Shown: piece after piece, positions 46,058 to 55,736 of the stretch
Numbering within the stretch: the first letter of the stretch is position 1
Layout of the letters: every line of letters begins with the position of its first letter
Origin: Alphaproteobacteria bacterium
Lineage (GTDB): Bacteria > Pseudomonadota > Alphaproteobacteria > RF32 > CAG-239
Direction: 5' to 3'
DNA: 64,000 nucleotides
Assembly (NCBI GenBank): GCA_048463395.1
Contig: DBFWPL010000023.1
Coordinates: 20,583 to 84,582, forward strand
The notes under the pieces: generated by a model
Told to the model about the DNA's origin: nothing
Seen by the model: only the letters and a program-made list of their open reading frames with translations
Databases searched by the model: none
Program-made: the position numbers and the translations under genes

Positions 46058-48343
46058 ATGACAGAAATTCAAATAATTAAACGGGATTCGACCCCGCAGG
46101 CTTATGACTTTTCCAAAATACAAAAAACTCTGAACAGGGCGGTTAACGGTTTTGATTTAAACCAAACACCTCTGATTGAAAAAGTCCAACAATTTATCAA
46201 AAACAATACAACAACCAAAGAAATCATAAACTATCTGACGCTGACTGCCCTAAGCCTGACCAGTATTGACGAACCGGACTGGAAAAATGCCGCCGGTCGC
46301 CTGAAATTATTTGAATTATACAAACAAACCGCCGTTAACAGAAACCTTAATCATTCCAAAAAATCTCTTTACCATAACTTTTCCGATTTTGTAAAAAACA
46401 ATGTCGATTGCGGCGTTTATTCATCTGTTTTAACCGAAAAATACACCGAGGAAGAACTGTCTGAAGCCGGAAAGTTTATCAATCCGAATTTCGACTTATT
46501 GTATGATTATGCCGGCATTAATCTTTTGATTAAACGTTATCTTTGCGAATATAACGATAAAATCATTGAACTTCCGCAGGAAATGTTCTTAACCATTGCC
46601 CTGTTGATTGAACAAAATGCTCCGAAAAACATCCGCCTTGCTTTGGTAAAAGACACCTACGAAAAACTGGCCGACCGCAAAATCTCTTTGGGCACCCCGT
46701 TGCTGATGAATCTCCGCCGTCCAAATGGAAATTTAAGTTCTTGCTTTATTACCGTTATGGATGACAACAGGGATTCCATCTTCTACGTCATTGACCAAAT
46801 CTCCGCCATCTCCAAATTTGGCGGCGGCGTTGGCTGCAACCTTTCCCGCGTCCGCTGCAAAGGAGCCAGAATCAAAGGAATAAAGAACTCTTCCGGAGGC
46901 GTAATTCCCTGGATACGCATTATCAATGATACCGCCGTTGCCGTCAACCAGCAAGGCAAACGCAAAGGAGCCGTAACCGTTTCTCTTGATATTTGGCATT
47001 TGGACATTGAAGATTTCCTTGAACTCCGCACCGAAAACGGAGATCAACGAATGAAAGCTTATGACATTTTCCCTCAAGTCGTCATTCCGGACTTATTTAT
47101 GAAAAAAGTCGAAAACAATGAAAAATGGCTTCTTGTCGACCCCAACGAAGTCCGCACCAAATACGGCAAAGAAATCGCCAATCTTTGGGGTAAAGATTTT
47201 GAAAACCTCTATGCCCAGCTTTACTTGGATGCCGAGTTTGGAAAACTGGAAATGTTTAAGTTTGTTTCTGCCAAAGAACTGCTTAAACGGTTAATGAAAT
47301 CCCAAATTGAAACCGGCATGCCTTACATTGCCTTCAAAGACACGCTGAACCGTTATAACCCAAACAAACATGACGGTATTATCGTCGGTACCAACTTATG
47401 CACGGAATCTCACAGCAACGTCCACCCTACCGAATTTCTGCCCAAACGTCTTGAAGGTGGAAAAATCATTTCCGAAACCCAAAACGGTTTAGTCCATGTC
47501 TGCAATCTGGTTTCCATCAACCTTGCCAACATTGACAGTGATGAAGAACTTGACAGCATTTGCCAAACTTCGGTTCGTATTTTGGACAACGCCATCGACT
47601 TTACGGAAGTTCCGATTCTCGAAGGTTCCCAACACAACCAAAGATACCGCACTATCGGTATCGGAGCCATGGGCTTGGCCGACCACCTCGCCAAAAGAAA
47701 TATTCCTTATATTGCCTCAGCGGATTATGTCGATGACCTGTTTGAAAAAATCGCTATATACAATATTCGAACCAGCATTAACATCGCCAAAGAGAAAGGA
47801 ACTTTCGGAGCTTATAAAGGCTCTGATTGGGACAAAGGCCTGATTCTGGGGAAACGCCAACTTGAATTTCAAAACTCAAAATATAAAGAAGAATGGAACA
47901 AAATCTTTTCCGACTTGGCTAAATACGGCATTCGCAATTCTCAACTCAGTGCCATTGCCCCAAACACCAGTTCATCCCTGATTCAGGGATGCACAGCATC
48001 CGTTTTGCCGATTTACAGCAAATTTTTTGTAGAAACCCATGGTAAAGGAAGTATTCCGAACTGCCCGCCGTTCATCAAAGACAAGTTCTGGTTCTATCAA
48101 GAAAACCGCAACATCAACCAGAAAACTATCATTGACATCATGTCCCGTATCAACAAATGGATCGATACCGGTATTTCCATTGAATTGATGTATAACCTTA
48201 ATCGCAACATCAAAGCCGTAGACATCTACGAAACCATTATGGACGCATGGAAAAAAGATATTAAGACCCTTTACTACACCCGTACCATTCAAAAAGACGG
48301 CTCTTCCGTCGAAAAATCAGAATGTGTCAGCTGTGCCGGATAG
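46058..48343 (+). CDS. nrdA: ribonucleoside-diphosphate reductase alpha subunit, class Ia
   Basis: 761 aa. N-terminal ATP-cone (IIKRDSTPQAYDFSKI), NLCTE active-site region and a C-terminal CVSC tail. Confidence 0.95.
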   Translation: MTEIQIIKRDSTPQAYDFSKIQKTLNRAVNGFDLNQTPLIEKVQQFIKNNTTTKEIINYLTLTALSLTSIDEPDWKNAAGRLKLFELYKQTAVNRNLNHSKKSLYHNFSDFVKNNVDCGVYSSVLTEKYTEEELSEAGKFINPNFDLLYDYAGINLLIKRYLCEYNDKIIELPQEMFLTIALLIEQNAPKNIRLALVKDTYEKLADRKISLGTPLLMNLRRPNGNLSSCFITVMDDNRDSIFYVIDQISAISKFGGGVGCNLSRVRCKGARIKGIKNSSGGVIPWIRIINDTAVAVNQQGKRKGAVTVSLDIWHLDIEDFLELRTENGDQRMKAYDIFPQVVIPDLFMKKVENNEKWLLVDPNEVRTKYGKEIANLWGKDFENLYAQLYLDAEFGKLEMFKFVSAKELLKRLMKSQIETGMPYIAFKDTLNRYNPNKHDGIIVGTNLCTESHSNVHPTEFLPKRLEGGKIISETQNGLVHVCNLVSINLANIDSDEELDSICQTSVRILDNAIDFTEVPILEGSQHNQRYRTIGIGAMGLADHLAKRNIPYIASADYVDDLFEKIAIYNIRTSINIAKEKGTFGAYKGSDWDKGLILGKRQLEFQNSKYKEEWNKIFSDLAKYGIRNSQLSAIAPNTSSSLIQGCTASVLPIYSKFFVETHGKGSIPNCPPFIKDKFWFYQENRNINQKTIIDIMSRINKWIDTGISIELMYNLNRNIKAVDIYETIMDAWKKDIKTLYYTRTIQKDGSSVEKSECVSCAG

Positions 48344-48357
48344 ATTAGGAGAAGAAA

Positions 48358-49398
48358 ATGAATATCAAAAGAAAACAATTATTCAACATTAACGGGGATG
48401 ACAGCCTGATTAACCGCAAAATGATTAAAGGCAATGTTACAAACCTGTTTAACTTAAACAACGTCAAATACCAATGGGCAAACAAACTTTATCGCCTGAT
48501 GATGGAAAATTTCTGGATTCCGGAAAAAGTATCTTTGTTTGATGATAAAAGAGCTTATAACGAACTCACGCCTCATGAACAAAACGCCTACGACGGAATA
48601 CTTTCCTTCTTAGTGTTCCTCGACAGTATTCAAACCAACAACCTCCCAAACATCAGCGATTATATCACTGCTCCGGAAGTTAACCTGATTTTGGCAATCC
48701 AAACTTATCAGGAAGCCGTACACTCTCAAAGCTACGCTTACATTATTGAGAGCATTATCCCTGCCGAAAAAAGGGAAACCATTTATGATCGTTGGCGGGA
48801 AGATAAAGTTCTTTTGGAACGCAACAAATATATTGCTGAAATATACCAGAACTTTGTTGATGAGAGAAACGACAAGAATTTTGCCAAAGTTTTAATTGCA
48901 AACTTCTTGCTTGAAGGCGTTTATTTTTACAACGGTTTCAATTTCTTTTACAATCTGGCCTCTCGCAGTCTGATGATCGGAACCGCGGACGAAATCAAAT
49001 ACATCAACCGTGATGAACTCACTCACTGCGTTATTTTCGCCAACATCATCAAAGAAATCAAACAAGAACACTCAACCTTCTTCAGCGATGACGAAGTTTA
49101 TGAAATGTTTGCCAAAGCCGTTGAACAGGAAATTGCTTGGAGCAACCACATTATCGGCGATAAAATTATGGGAATTACACCGCAGACAATTGAACAATAT
49201 ACCAAATTCATTGCCAACAAACGCCTCAAAGACATCGGATACCAACCGTTATATGAAGGCTTTGACACCAATCCTTATCAACATTTGGAAAAAATTTCCG
49301 ACACCAACGGAGAAGGAAACGTTAAAGGCAACTTCTTTGAAGCGAATGTTTCTTCTTATAACCAAAGTACAGCTATCGAAGGCTGGGATGACATATAA
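48358..49398 (+). CDS. nrdB: ribonucleoside-diphosphate reductase beta subunit
   Basis: 346 aa. Di-iron and tyrosyl motifs EAVHSQSYAYI and RDELTH, with an acidic C-terminal tail. Confidence 0.95.
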   Translation: MNIKRKQLFNINGDDSLINRKMIKGNVTNLFNLNNVKYQWANKLYRLMMENFWIPEKVSLFDDKRAYNELTPHEQNAYDGILSFLVFLDSIQTNNLPNISDYITAPEVNLILAIQTYQEAVHSQSYAYIIESIIPAEKRETIYDRWREDKVLLERNKYIAEIYQNFVDERNDKNFAKVLIANFLLEGVYFYNGFNFFYNLASRSLMIGTADEIKYINRDELTHCVIFANIIKEIKQEHSTFFSDDEVYEMFAKAVEQEIAWSNHIIGDKIMGITPQTIEQYTKFIANKRLKDIGYQPLYEGFDTNPYQHLEKISDTNGEGNVKGNFFEANVSSYNQSTAIEGWDDI

Positions 49399-49402
49399 CA
49401 AC

Positions 49403-49434
49403 AAAAGGCTCCCAAAAGGGAGCCTTTCTTTTTT
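49403..49434. terminator. bidirectional terminator between nrdB and rplI
   Basis: 10-bp stem aaaggctccc / gggagccttt with an aaaa loop and a T-run. Confidence 0.8.
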
Positions 49435-49449
49435 CAAACCTGAATAAAA

Positions 49450-49935
49450 TTATTCGGCAGAATAAGCTTTTGCCTGTTTCTTAGCATCATCATCTGTTCT
49501 TGCTACGTTAACAAGAATAGTCTGAGATACTTCCGGATGCAGGTTCAGTTTAACGGAATAAATGCCCAAATCTTTAATAGGCTTTTCCAGATAAACACAA
49601 CGACGTTCAACATTGAAACCGGCTTCTTTAATAGCAGAAGCAATATCGCGAATGGTAACGGAACCATACAATTGACCGGTTTCTGCAGCCTGACGAATCA
49701 GAACGGCACTAAAGCCTTTCAAAGATTCTGCCTTTGCGGCAGCTTCATCTAACATAGCTTTGTTGTGAGCTTCCAATTCGGCTTTTTGTTTTTCATAAAA
49801 AGCAATATTGGCTTCAGTTGCACGAAGAGCCTTTTTGGCAGGCAGGAGGTAGTTACGGGCATAACCGTTTTTAACGTTTACTTTATCACCCATTTTACCT
49901 AATTTTTCTACATGTTCGAGAAGAATAATTTCCAT
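49450..49935 (-). CDS. rplI: 50S ribosomal protein L9
   Basis: MEIILLEHVEKLGKMGDKVNVKNGYARNYLLP. Confidence 0.95.
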   Translation of the reverse strand: MEIILLEHVEKLGKMGDKVNVKNGYARNYLLPAKKALRATEANIAFYEKQKAELEAHNKAMLDEAAAKAESLKGFSAVLIRQAAETGQLYGSVTIRDIASAIKEAGFNVERRCVYLEKPIKDLGIYSVKLNLHPEVSQTILVNVARTDDDAKKQAKAYSAE

Positions 49936-49949
49936 TTCATTACCCTCCC

Positions 49950-50177
49950 TTAAGCTGCAACATATGGAAGAAGAGCGATGTAACGTGCACGTTTAATGGC
50001 ACGAGCCAACTCTCTTTGTTTTTTTGCAGAAACAGCTGTAATACGGCTAGGGATGATTTTACCTTTTTCAGAAATATATCTGGAAAGAAGTTTTACATCT
50101 TTATAGTCGATTTTAAGACCGTCTTCACCGGAAAACGGGCAAGCTTTTTTTCTTCTAAAGAATACTTGTTTAGCCAT
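49950..50177 (-). CDS. rpsR: 30S ribosomal protein S18
   Basis: 75 aa. [33 protein letters not shown]. Confidence 0.95.
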   Translation of the reverse strand: MAKQVFFRRKKACPFSGEDGLKIDYKDVKLLSRYISEKGKIIPSRITAVSAKKQRELARAIKRARYIALLPYVAA

Positions 50178-50187
50178 TACGTTTCTC

Positions 50188-50523
50188 CTATTCTTCTACA
50201 GCTGAAGTTTCACCAGAGGAAGACAGTTCGGAATTGAACTCATCAACCTTAACAGTCATATAACGAATAATGTCTTCGTTGAATCTCATAATTCTTTCGA
50301 ATTCTGCAATAGCGTTAGCCGGAGCAGTGATATTCATCAAAACATAGTGGCCTTTACGGTTTTTCTTAATGCGATAAGCCAGGTTTTTCAAACCCCAGTT
50401 ATCAACTTTAACAACCTCGCCGCCTTCTTTTTTAATAACATCGCTCAATTCTGAAACAATGTTGTTAACCTGAGAGGTGCCGAGATCCTGACGAGCGATT
50501 AAAACGCTTTCATAATTAGTCAT
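50188..50523 (-). CDS. rpsF: 30S ribosomal protein S6
   Basis: [22 protein letters not shown] precedes ATG 50523. The 10 extra codons in the ORF track are discounted. Confidence 0.93.
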   Translation of the reverse strand: MTNYESVLIARQDLGTSQVNNIVSELSDVIKKEGGEVVKVDNWGLKNLAYRIKKNRKGHYVLMNITAPANAIAEFERIMRFNEDIIRYMTVKVDEFNSELSSSGETSAVEE

Positions 50524-50631
50524 AAATAAAATCTCCTTATGGATTCTCAACAATTGGTAGCCTTATAATTTTTTAATTATTGAGCCGCCGGGTTATGTAT
50601 AGCCGGAAACATCCGGCAAGGGACGAGGCGT

Positions 50632-50659
50632 AATATACCCTAAAACTTTAATTTTGCAA
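50632..50659 (-). promoter_or_regulatory. sigma70-like promoter of rpsF-rpsR-rplI, with a ~100-nt structured leader downstream
   Basis: Minus strand reads TTGCAA (50659-50654), a 16-nt spacer, then TATATT (50637-50632). The leader (50524-50625) contains GC hairpins, e.g. gccgga-tgtt-tccggc. Confidence 0.45.
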
Positions 50660-50726
50660 GCAATATTTAAGGTAATTTTAATCTTTTATGCCTATATTTA
50701 CCCTAAATAAAAGGGATTTCAAAAAA

Positions 50727-51062
50727 ATGAGCAAAAAAAGCCTGATATTTCTGTTGTCCGCCTTAAGCGTTTTGAGTGCCTGCTCCTTGTTTTCCAAAGA
50801 GGAAAAAGAGCAAATACCCGCTCGCACCGTTTATGCCAACGAAGAAACAACCATCAGCCTCATAAACCAGACAACAAAAGTCATTGTCCGGTGCTATTCC
50901 AACGTATTTGAACCGGCAGAAACCTGTGCCCGTTTTTTTGAAGAAAAAGATTATGTCCGTTTTCGTGAAATTCCTTATAAAACAGCCAATTACGACTTTC
51001 TAAAACCCGGAAGCTATCCTACCCGCCGCTGGAGAAACGGGGAAAGAACCCCTCGTTGGTAG
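50727..51062 (+). CDS. small lipoprotein of unknown function
   Basis: MSKKSLIFLLSALSVLSAC lipobox. 111 aa from ATG 50727. Confidence 0.6.
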   Translation: MSKKSLIFLLSALSVLSACSLFSKEEKEQIPARTVYANEETTISLINQTTKVIVRCYSNVFEPAETCARFFEEKDYVRFREIPYKTANYDFLKPGSYPTRRWRNGERTPRW

Positions 51063-51071
51063 GGCACGGCA

Positions 51072-52595
51072 ATGTTAGCCAGAATAAATACCGTTGCTTT
51101 TAACGGACTTGAAATTCTCAATGTTGATTTACAGGTTCAAATTTCTTCCGGACTGCCGGCCTTTACAATTGTCGGACTTCCCGACAAAGCCGTCGCCGAA
51201 AGCAGAGAACGGGTCAGAGCGGCTTTACAATCTTTGGGACTGAGTCTCCCCGCCAAAAGAATAACCGTCAACCTGGCTCCGGCCGATTTACTCAAAGAAG
51301 GATCGCATTTTGACTTGCCTGTTGCTCTGGGGTTGTTAATCGGCATGGGTATTTTGCCTCAGGAAGAGCTCTCGGGCTACTTTGTTCTCGGTGAACTCGG
51401 ATTAGACGGAAGCATTGTCCCTGTTAACGGGGTTCTTCCCGTTGCCATCAAAGCCAATTCACAAAATAAAGGGCTTATTTGTCCGTCCGCTCAAGGAAGC
51501 GAAGCCGTTTGGTCGGGATTAAAAGATATTTTGGCTCCGCACAATCTCCTTGACGTCATCAACCACTTCAAAGGAAGCCAAACCATTCCTTTTCCGCAGG
51601 CTTCTCAAATAACAGAACAACAAAATCTGCCGGATATGAAAGACGTAAAAGGACAGGAAAGTGCCAAACGAGCCTTGGAAATCGCCGCTGCCGGATCTCA
51701 TAATCTTTTAATGATAGGCCCTCCGGGATCCGGAAAATCCATGCTCGCCGCAAGACTGCCGTCTATTCTCCCGCCTCTGACACCGGAAGAAGCTCTGGAA
51801 ACCAGCACCATTCACTCTGTTGCCGGAGAACTCAAAAACGGAAAACTTTGCTTTGAACGTCCATACCGAGATCCGCACCATTCGGCCTCAACTCCGGCAC
51901 TTGTCGGCGGCGGAAGAAAAGCCAGACCGGGCGAAATCTCCTTGGCACACAACGGCGTCCTCTTTTTAGACGAACTTCCCGAATTCAGCCGTTCAACATT
52001 GGAAGCTCTCCGTCAGCCGCTTGAAAACGGTTGTGTAACCATCTCCAGAGTAAATTCTCATACCACATATCCTGCCAAATTCCAATTAATTGCGGCAATG
52101 AATCCCTGCCGTTGCGGACACTTGGGCAATCCGGATATGGAATGCTCCCGAGCCCCGAAATGTGCCGAAGAATACCAGTCAAAAATCTCCGGTCCCCTGC
52201 TTGACCGCATTGATATTCACATTGAAGTCCCTGCCGTCAGTCCTTGGGATATGGCCTCGGCTCCGACCGGAGAAAGTTCGGCACAAATCAGACAACGGGT
52301 CATTAAAGCCCGAAAAATCCAATCAAATCGTTTCAAACAACTCGGACATCCGGAATTCACAACCAATTCCCAATTAAAAGGCGAACTTTTGGAACAGGCC
52401 ACAGTTTTGGATAACGAAGCCAAACAGCTTCTCATAAATTTTGCCGACAAAAACAAACTTTCCGCCCGGGCATATCATCGCACTTTGCGGTTAGCAAGAA
52501 CGATTGCAGACTTGCAAAATGAAATAAATATCCATAGAATACACGTAGCTGAGGCTTTGTCTTACCGCAGACATTTTCCGCCTAAACAAAATTAA
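51072..52595 (+). CDS. comM: YifB/ComM-family Mg-chelatase-like AAA+ ATPase
   Basis: N-terminal Lon-like domain, Walker A GPPGSGKSM, Walker B VLFLDELPEF and a C-terminal RAYHRTLRLARTIADL region. Confidence 0.92.
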   Translation: MLARINTVAFNGLEILNVDLQVQISSGLPAFTIVGLPDKAVAESRERVRAALQSLGLSLPAKRITVNLAPADLLKEGSHFDLPVALGLLIGMGILPQEELSGYFVLGELGLDGSIVPVNGVLPVAIKANSQNKGLICPSAQGSEAVWSGLKDILAPHNLLDVINHFKGSQTIPFPQASQITEQQNLPDMKDVKGQESAKRALEIAAAGSHNLLMIGPPGSGKSMLAARLPSILPPLTPEEALETSTIHSVAGELKNGKLCFERPYRDPHHSASTPALVGGGRKARPGEISLAHNGVLFLDELPEFSRSTLEALRQPLENGCVTISRVNSHTTYPAKFQLIAAMNPCRCGHLGNPDMECSRAPKCAEEYQSKISGPLLDRIDIHIEVPAVSPWDMASAPTGESSAQIRQRVIKARKIQSNRFKQLGHPEFTTNSQLKGELLEQATVLDNEAKQLLINFADKNKLSARAYHRTLRLARTIADLQNEINIHRIHVAEALSYRRHFPPKQN

Positions 52596-52609
52596 TGGAG
52601 ACAATACTT

Positions 52610-55105
52610 ATGAAAACTCTAAAATCTAAGCAGTTTTTACTATTACCTGTTCTGGCCTTTTTGGGTTTGGGTCTGAGCACAAACTGCTTTGGTGCAACTT
52701 CAACCAGAGAGTTCTTCAATACCACACAGGAACAGGAAGACAAAGACGGCAGTATGTTCCCGGGCGGAAGTTGTTCTTCATGCACTAAGGACGGAAGCAT
52801 ATTTCCGGGCGGACGCTGCGAACGCTGTAAAACACCTTGCATAGATTGCCAACGGAAACCAAAGCCTAAAAAACGCCGCAGTTTCATTCAAAATTACATA
52901 ACCTTGCAAGAAGATGAAATCTACCGGACAGTCCATCGGGAATGTAAAGATTTCGCCCCTATTCAATTGGAATGGGTTGATTTCCGTATTCAACGCGGCA
53001 GACAGTTTTCCCCTTATTCCAATAAACTCGGAAACTACCGTTTCAGAATTTTCGGCTGCCGCCGCGAAACTAAGAATGCTATTCTGAACCAAGGCCGGAT
53101 TATGCAGAAAGATATGCAATTCATTCGTATCTTTGACGATGCCGTCGGCAACTGCTACCCGATTGTGAAAATCCCGAACGATGTTTGTTTGGAAGGCAAC
53201 AACGAACCGACACCGGAATACATCTTAACTGCGGAAATTACCGACTACTTTATGAACATTTGCGACGGTTATGATTGGAATGAAAGCAAAAAAGAAAATC
53301 TTCGCACCGGTTCTGCCGAAATGACCGTAACATGGAGATTAATGGACTTAAGTAAAACCAATGTTTTGTGGAAAGGAACATCCGTCGGATATTCCGAAGT
53401 AAACGAAGGCGAATATAACGGCGAACTTATTTTGATTGAGAGAGCATTTGCCGATGCTGTTGATAATCTCCGCAATCTCCCTGGGTTTGAAAACCAACTG
53501 GCTCGCCGCGTATCCCCTGAAGAATTAAAAGAACAAAGAGATTCGCTCATCGCCATGGAGAGAATTGAAAACCCGATAAAATGCCAATATCAGGAAGAAA
53601 TCAAACAAGCCGAACTGAAACAGAAACAGCAAAACCAACAGCCTTGCCTGCAAAGCACTTGTCCGGTTTGCCCACAATGTCCAAGCTGTCTGCAAGTACA
53701 AGAACAAATGCAGCAGCAGTTGGCTCAGGAACAAATAACATTGTGTGAAAATCCGGCTGTTCTGACCGAACAACCTTTAGAGCTTCAAACCATAACGTTA
53801 ACTCAGCCATTGACTCAAGAACAAACACAAGGACAAGCACAAGTTCAAACATTGGTTGAAACCCAACCGCAATATAAGCCGGAACAACTCAAACTTTGTA
53901 CAGGCGGTTCTTTGGTTACCGAAACCGGAGGTATCTGCCCGGACGGAACATTCGTTGAATTTGGCGGAACCTGCCCTGACGGTACAATTGTTCAACAAGC
54001 AGGAGGAATATGCTCAGACGGAAGCATTGTCGTAATTGAGGAAGAGCCTCTGCAATTAGATGTCGCTGCGGTTGAAGTTGTGGAAGAACCTTTAGAAGCA
54101 GAAGTTACCACGCTGCAGGTTGAAGAAGAACCTTTGGAAGTGGAAATCGCAACTGCTGAAATTGAAGAAAATGGCGGAAGTACCTCCTCCGGAAGCGGAA
54201 TTATTCAAACCGGCATCAATGCCGTTGCGGCAGAAAGCATCATTTCAGAAAGCGGAGACTCAATCAGTTCCGGTACCAATATTGCCGTTTTGGAAGAGAA
54301 TTGGGTTGATACGCCGCTTGAAGAGAACACTCCGGAAACAGCCGAGAAACAAGGCACGACGGAAGAAAGCTCCGCCAGCAGCAAAAACAGTCTCTGTATT
54401 GTCAGCAGAGAACCTTATGATTCGCTCACACCTGAAAATCTGTATACGGTTCGAGCTTCCATTATGGAAATTACCAATGCCAAAGGCCAAAAAGGTGCCG
54501 GTCTGATTATCTCCGATCAGTTTGTTTTGACTTCGGCTGACTTGGTAACAAAAGATATCAACCGCTACGATCTGAAGACAATTAACGGTGTTCACTACAC
54601 CGGAACAGTTTTCCGCATTAATCCAAATAAAAATACCGCATTATTATTGTTGGATGAAAAAACACTTTATACGCCTTTGTCGCTAAGTCTGGATTTGCCG
54701 GAAATAAACAAAGAAACTTACATGACCCTGGGACTTCTTGATTTTGAAAGCGGAGAAGGCTATTTGGACAACAACGGAAAAGTCAGCGGCTACCGTTATT
54801 CGGAAGAAAAAGGAGCTGAAATTATTGTCGATACATTCGTTCAAACCGTAACCACCGGGGGTGCTTTGATCGACAGCCACGGAACAATTACCGGCCTTTC
54901 AAACTCCGGCAAGAAACTTGAAGACGGTCCGGACCTGTTCATTCCGATTGAAACGGCTCTTAAGAGCGTCGGCTTAGAAATTTGCGATCAGGCGTTCCGC
55001 CCTGAAAAAGAAATTCCGCAAATAACCCGTCCGGTATCAAACGCCATTGAAACCAACATCGGCGATAAATCTCCGGAACGCATGAATAAAAAAGAACGCA
55101 AGTAA
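52610..55105 (+). CDS. secreted mosaic protein: Cys-rich repeats, Q-rich and acidic tandem repeats, C-terminal degenerate trypsin-like (S1C-like) domain
   Basis: Signal peptide MKTLKSKQFLLLPVLAFLGLGLSTNCFG. GGAG lies 9 nt before ATG 52610. An alternative ATG at 52595 overlaps the comM stop (TAATG). See findings for domain details. Confidence 0.75.
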   Translation: MKTLKSKQFLLLPVLAFLGLGLSTNCFGATSTREFFNTTQEQEDKDGSMFPGGSCSSCTKDGSIFPGGRCERCKTPCIDCQRKPKPKKRRSFIQNYITLQEDEIYRTVHRECKDFAPIQLEWVDFRIQRGRQFSPYSNKLGNYRFRIFGCRRETKNAILNQGRIMQKDMQFIRIFDDAVGNCYPIVKIPNDVCLEGNNEPTPEYILTAEITDYFMNICDGYDWNESKKENLRTGSAEMTVTWRLMDLSKTNVLWKGTSVGYSEVNEGEYNGELILIERAFADAVDNLRNLPGFENQLARRVSPEELKEQRDSLIAMERIENPIKCQYQEEIKQAELKQKQQNQQPCLQSTCPVCPQCPSCLQVQEQMQQQLAQEQITLCENPAVLTEQPLELQTITLTQPLTQEQTQGQAQVQTLVETQPQYKPEQLKLCTGGSLVTETGGICPDGTFVEFGGTCPDGTIVQQAGGICSDGSIVVIEEEPLQLDVAAVEVVEEPLEAEVTTLQVEEEPLEVEIATAEIEENGGSTSSGSGIIQTGINAVAAESIISESGDSISSGTNIAVLEENWVDTPLEENTPETAEKQGTTEESSASSKNSLCIVSREPYDSLTPENLYTVRASIMEITNAKGQKGAGLIISDQFVLTSADLVTKDINRYDLKTINGVHYTGTVFRINPNKNTALLLLDEKTLYTPLSLSLDLPEINKETYMTLGLLDFESGEGYLDNNGKVSGYRYSEEKGAEIIVDTFVQTVTTGGALIDSHGTITGLSNSGKKLEDGPDLFIPIETALKSVGLEICDQAFRPEKEIPQITRPVSNAIETNIGDKSPERMNKKERK
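53926..54170 (+). repeat. in-frame tandem coding repeats (3x GGxCxDGxxV, 3x EEPL[EQ]xxV)
   Basis: Peptides are GGICPDGTFVEF/GGTCPDGTIVQQA/GGICSDGSIVV, then EEPLQLDVAAVEVV/EEPLEAEVTTLQV/EEEPLEVEIATAEIEE. The DNA units gaagaacctttrgaag recur. Confidence 0.85.
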
Positions 55106-55106
55106 C

Positions 55107-55140
55107 AAAAATCCCCACTGGAAACGGTGGGGATTTTATT
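55107..55140 (+). terminator. intrinsic terminator after the 836-aa gene
   Basis: aaaa-atccccac-tggaaacg-gtggggat-tttt. Confidence 0.8.
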
Positions 55141-55210
55141 CTCTCTTCTTGCAAACGAAAAAATTTTTAACTACATAAGAGAATATAATATTCAAAACGA
55201 GGAAATTCTT

Positions 55211-55735
55211 ATGACAACAATACTGTGCATACGAAAAGGAAATCAAGTAGTTATGGCCGGAGACGGACAGGCCACTTTAGGTGAAGCCGTTATCTTCAAA
55301 TCAAAATCCGTAAAAGTCCGCCGCATCGGCAACGGAAAAATCATTGCCGGTTTTGCCGGAGCCGCCGCAGACGGCATAACTTTAATTGAAAGACTGGAAG
55401 GCAAACTGGAAAAACATGCCAACCAATTAAAAAGAGCCGCCGTGGAACTGGCCAAAGACTGGAGGATGGACAAATATCTCCGCCAGCTTCAGGCCTATAT
55501 GATTGTGGCGGATAAAGACGTTTCTTTGGTTATTTCCGGTACCGGAGAAGTCATGGAACCCGACGACGGCATTATCGGTATCGGCAGCGGCGGAAACTAT
55601 GCCATGGCTGCGGCTAAGGCCTTATACGACGTAGAAGGTTTGAATCTTGAAGAGATTGCCGCCAAAGCACTTAAAATTGCCGGCGATATAGATGTCTACA
55701 CCAATCACAACGTAATTATTGAAAAGGTTGAATAA
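55211..55735 (+). CDS. hslV: ATP-dependent protease subunit HslV
   Basis: [10 protein letters not shown] with catalytic Thr2. GAGG SD precedes ATG 55211. The upstream extension in the ORF track overlaps the terminator. Confidence 0.95.
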   Translation: MTTILCIRKGNQVVMAGDGQATLGEAVIFKSKSVKVRRIGNGKIIAGFAGAAADGITLIERLEGKLEKHANQLKRAAVELAKDWRMDKYLRQLQAYMIVADKDVSLVISGTGEVMEPDDGIIGIGSGGNYAMAAAKALYDVEGLNLEEIAAKALKIAGDIDVYTNHNVIIEKVE

Positions 55736-55736
55736 A

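Noticed and set aside
53926-54170. Regularly spaced short DNA repeats that could be mistaken for a CRISPR-like or minisatellite array. The same applies to 10090-10230.
   Set aside because: They are in frame within long ORFs and translate to coherent peptide repeats (GGxCxDG, EEPLE, pentapeptide units). There are no unique spacers of constant length and no cas genes.
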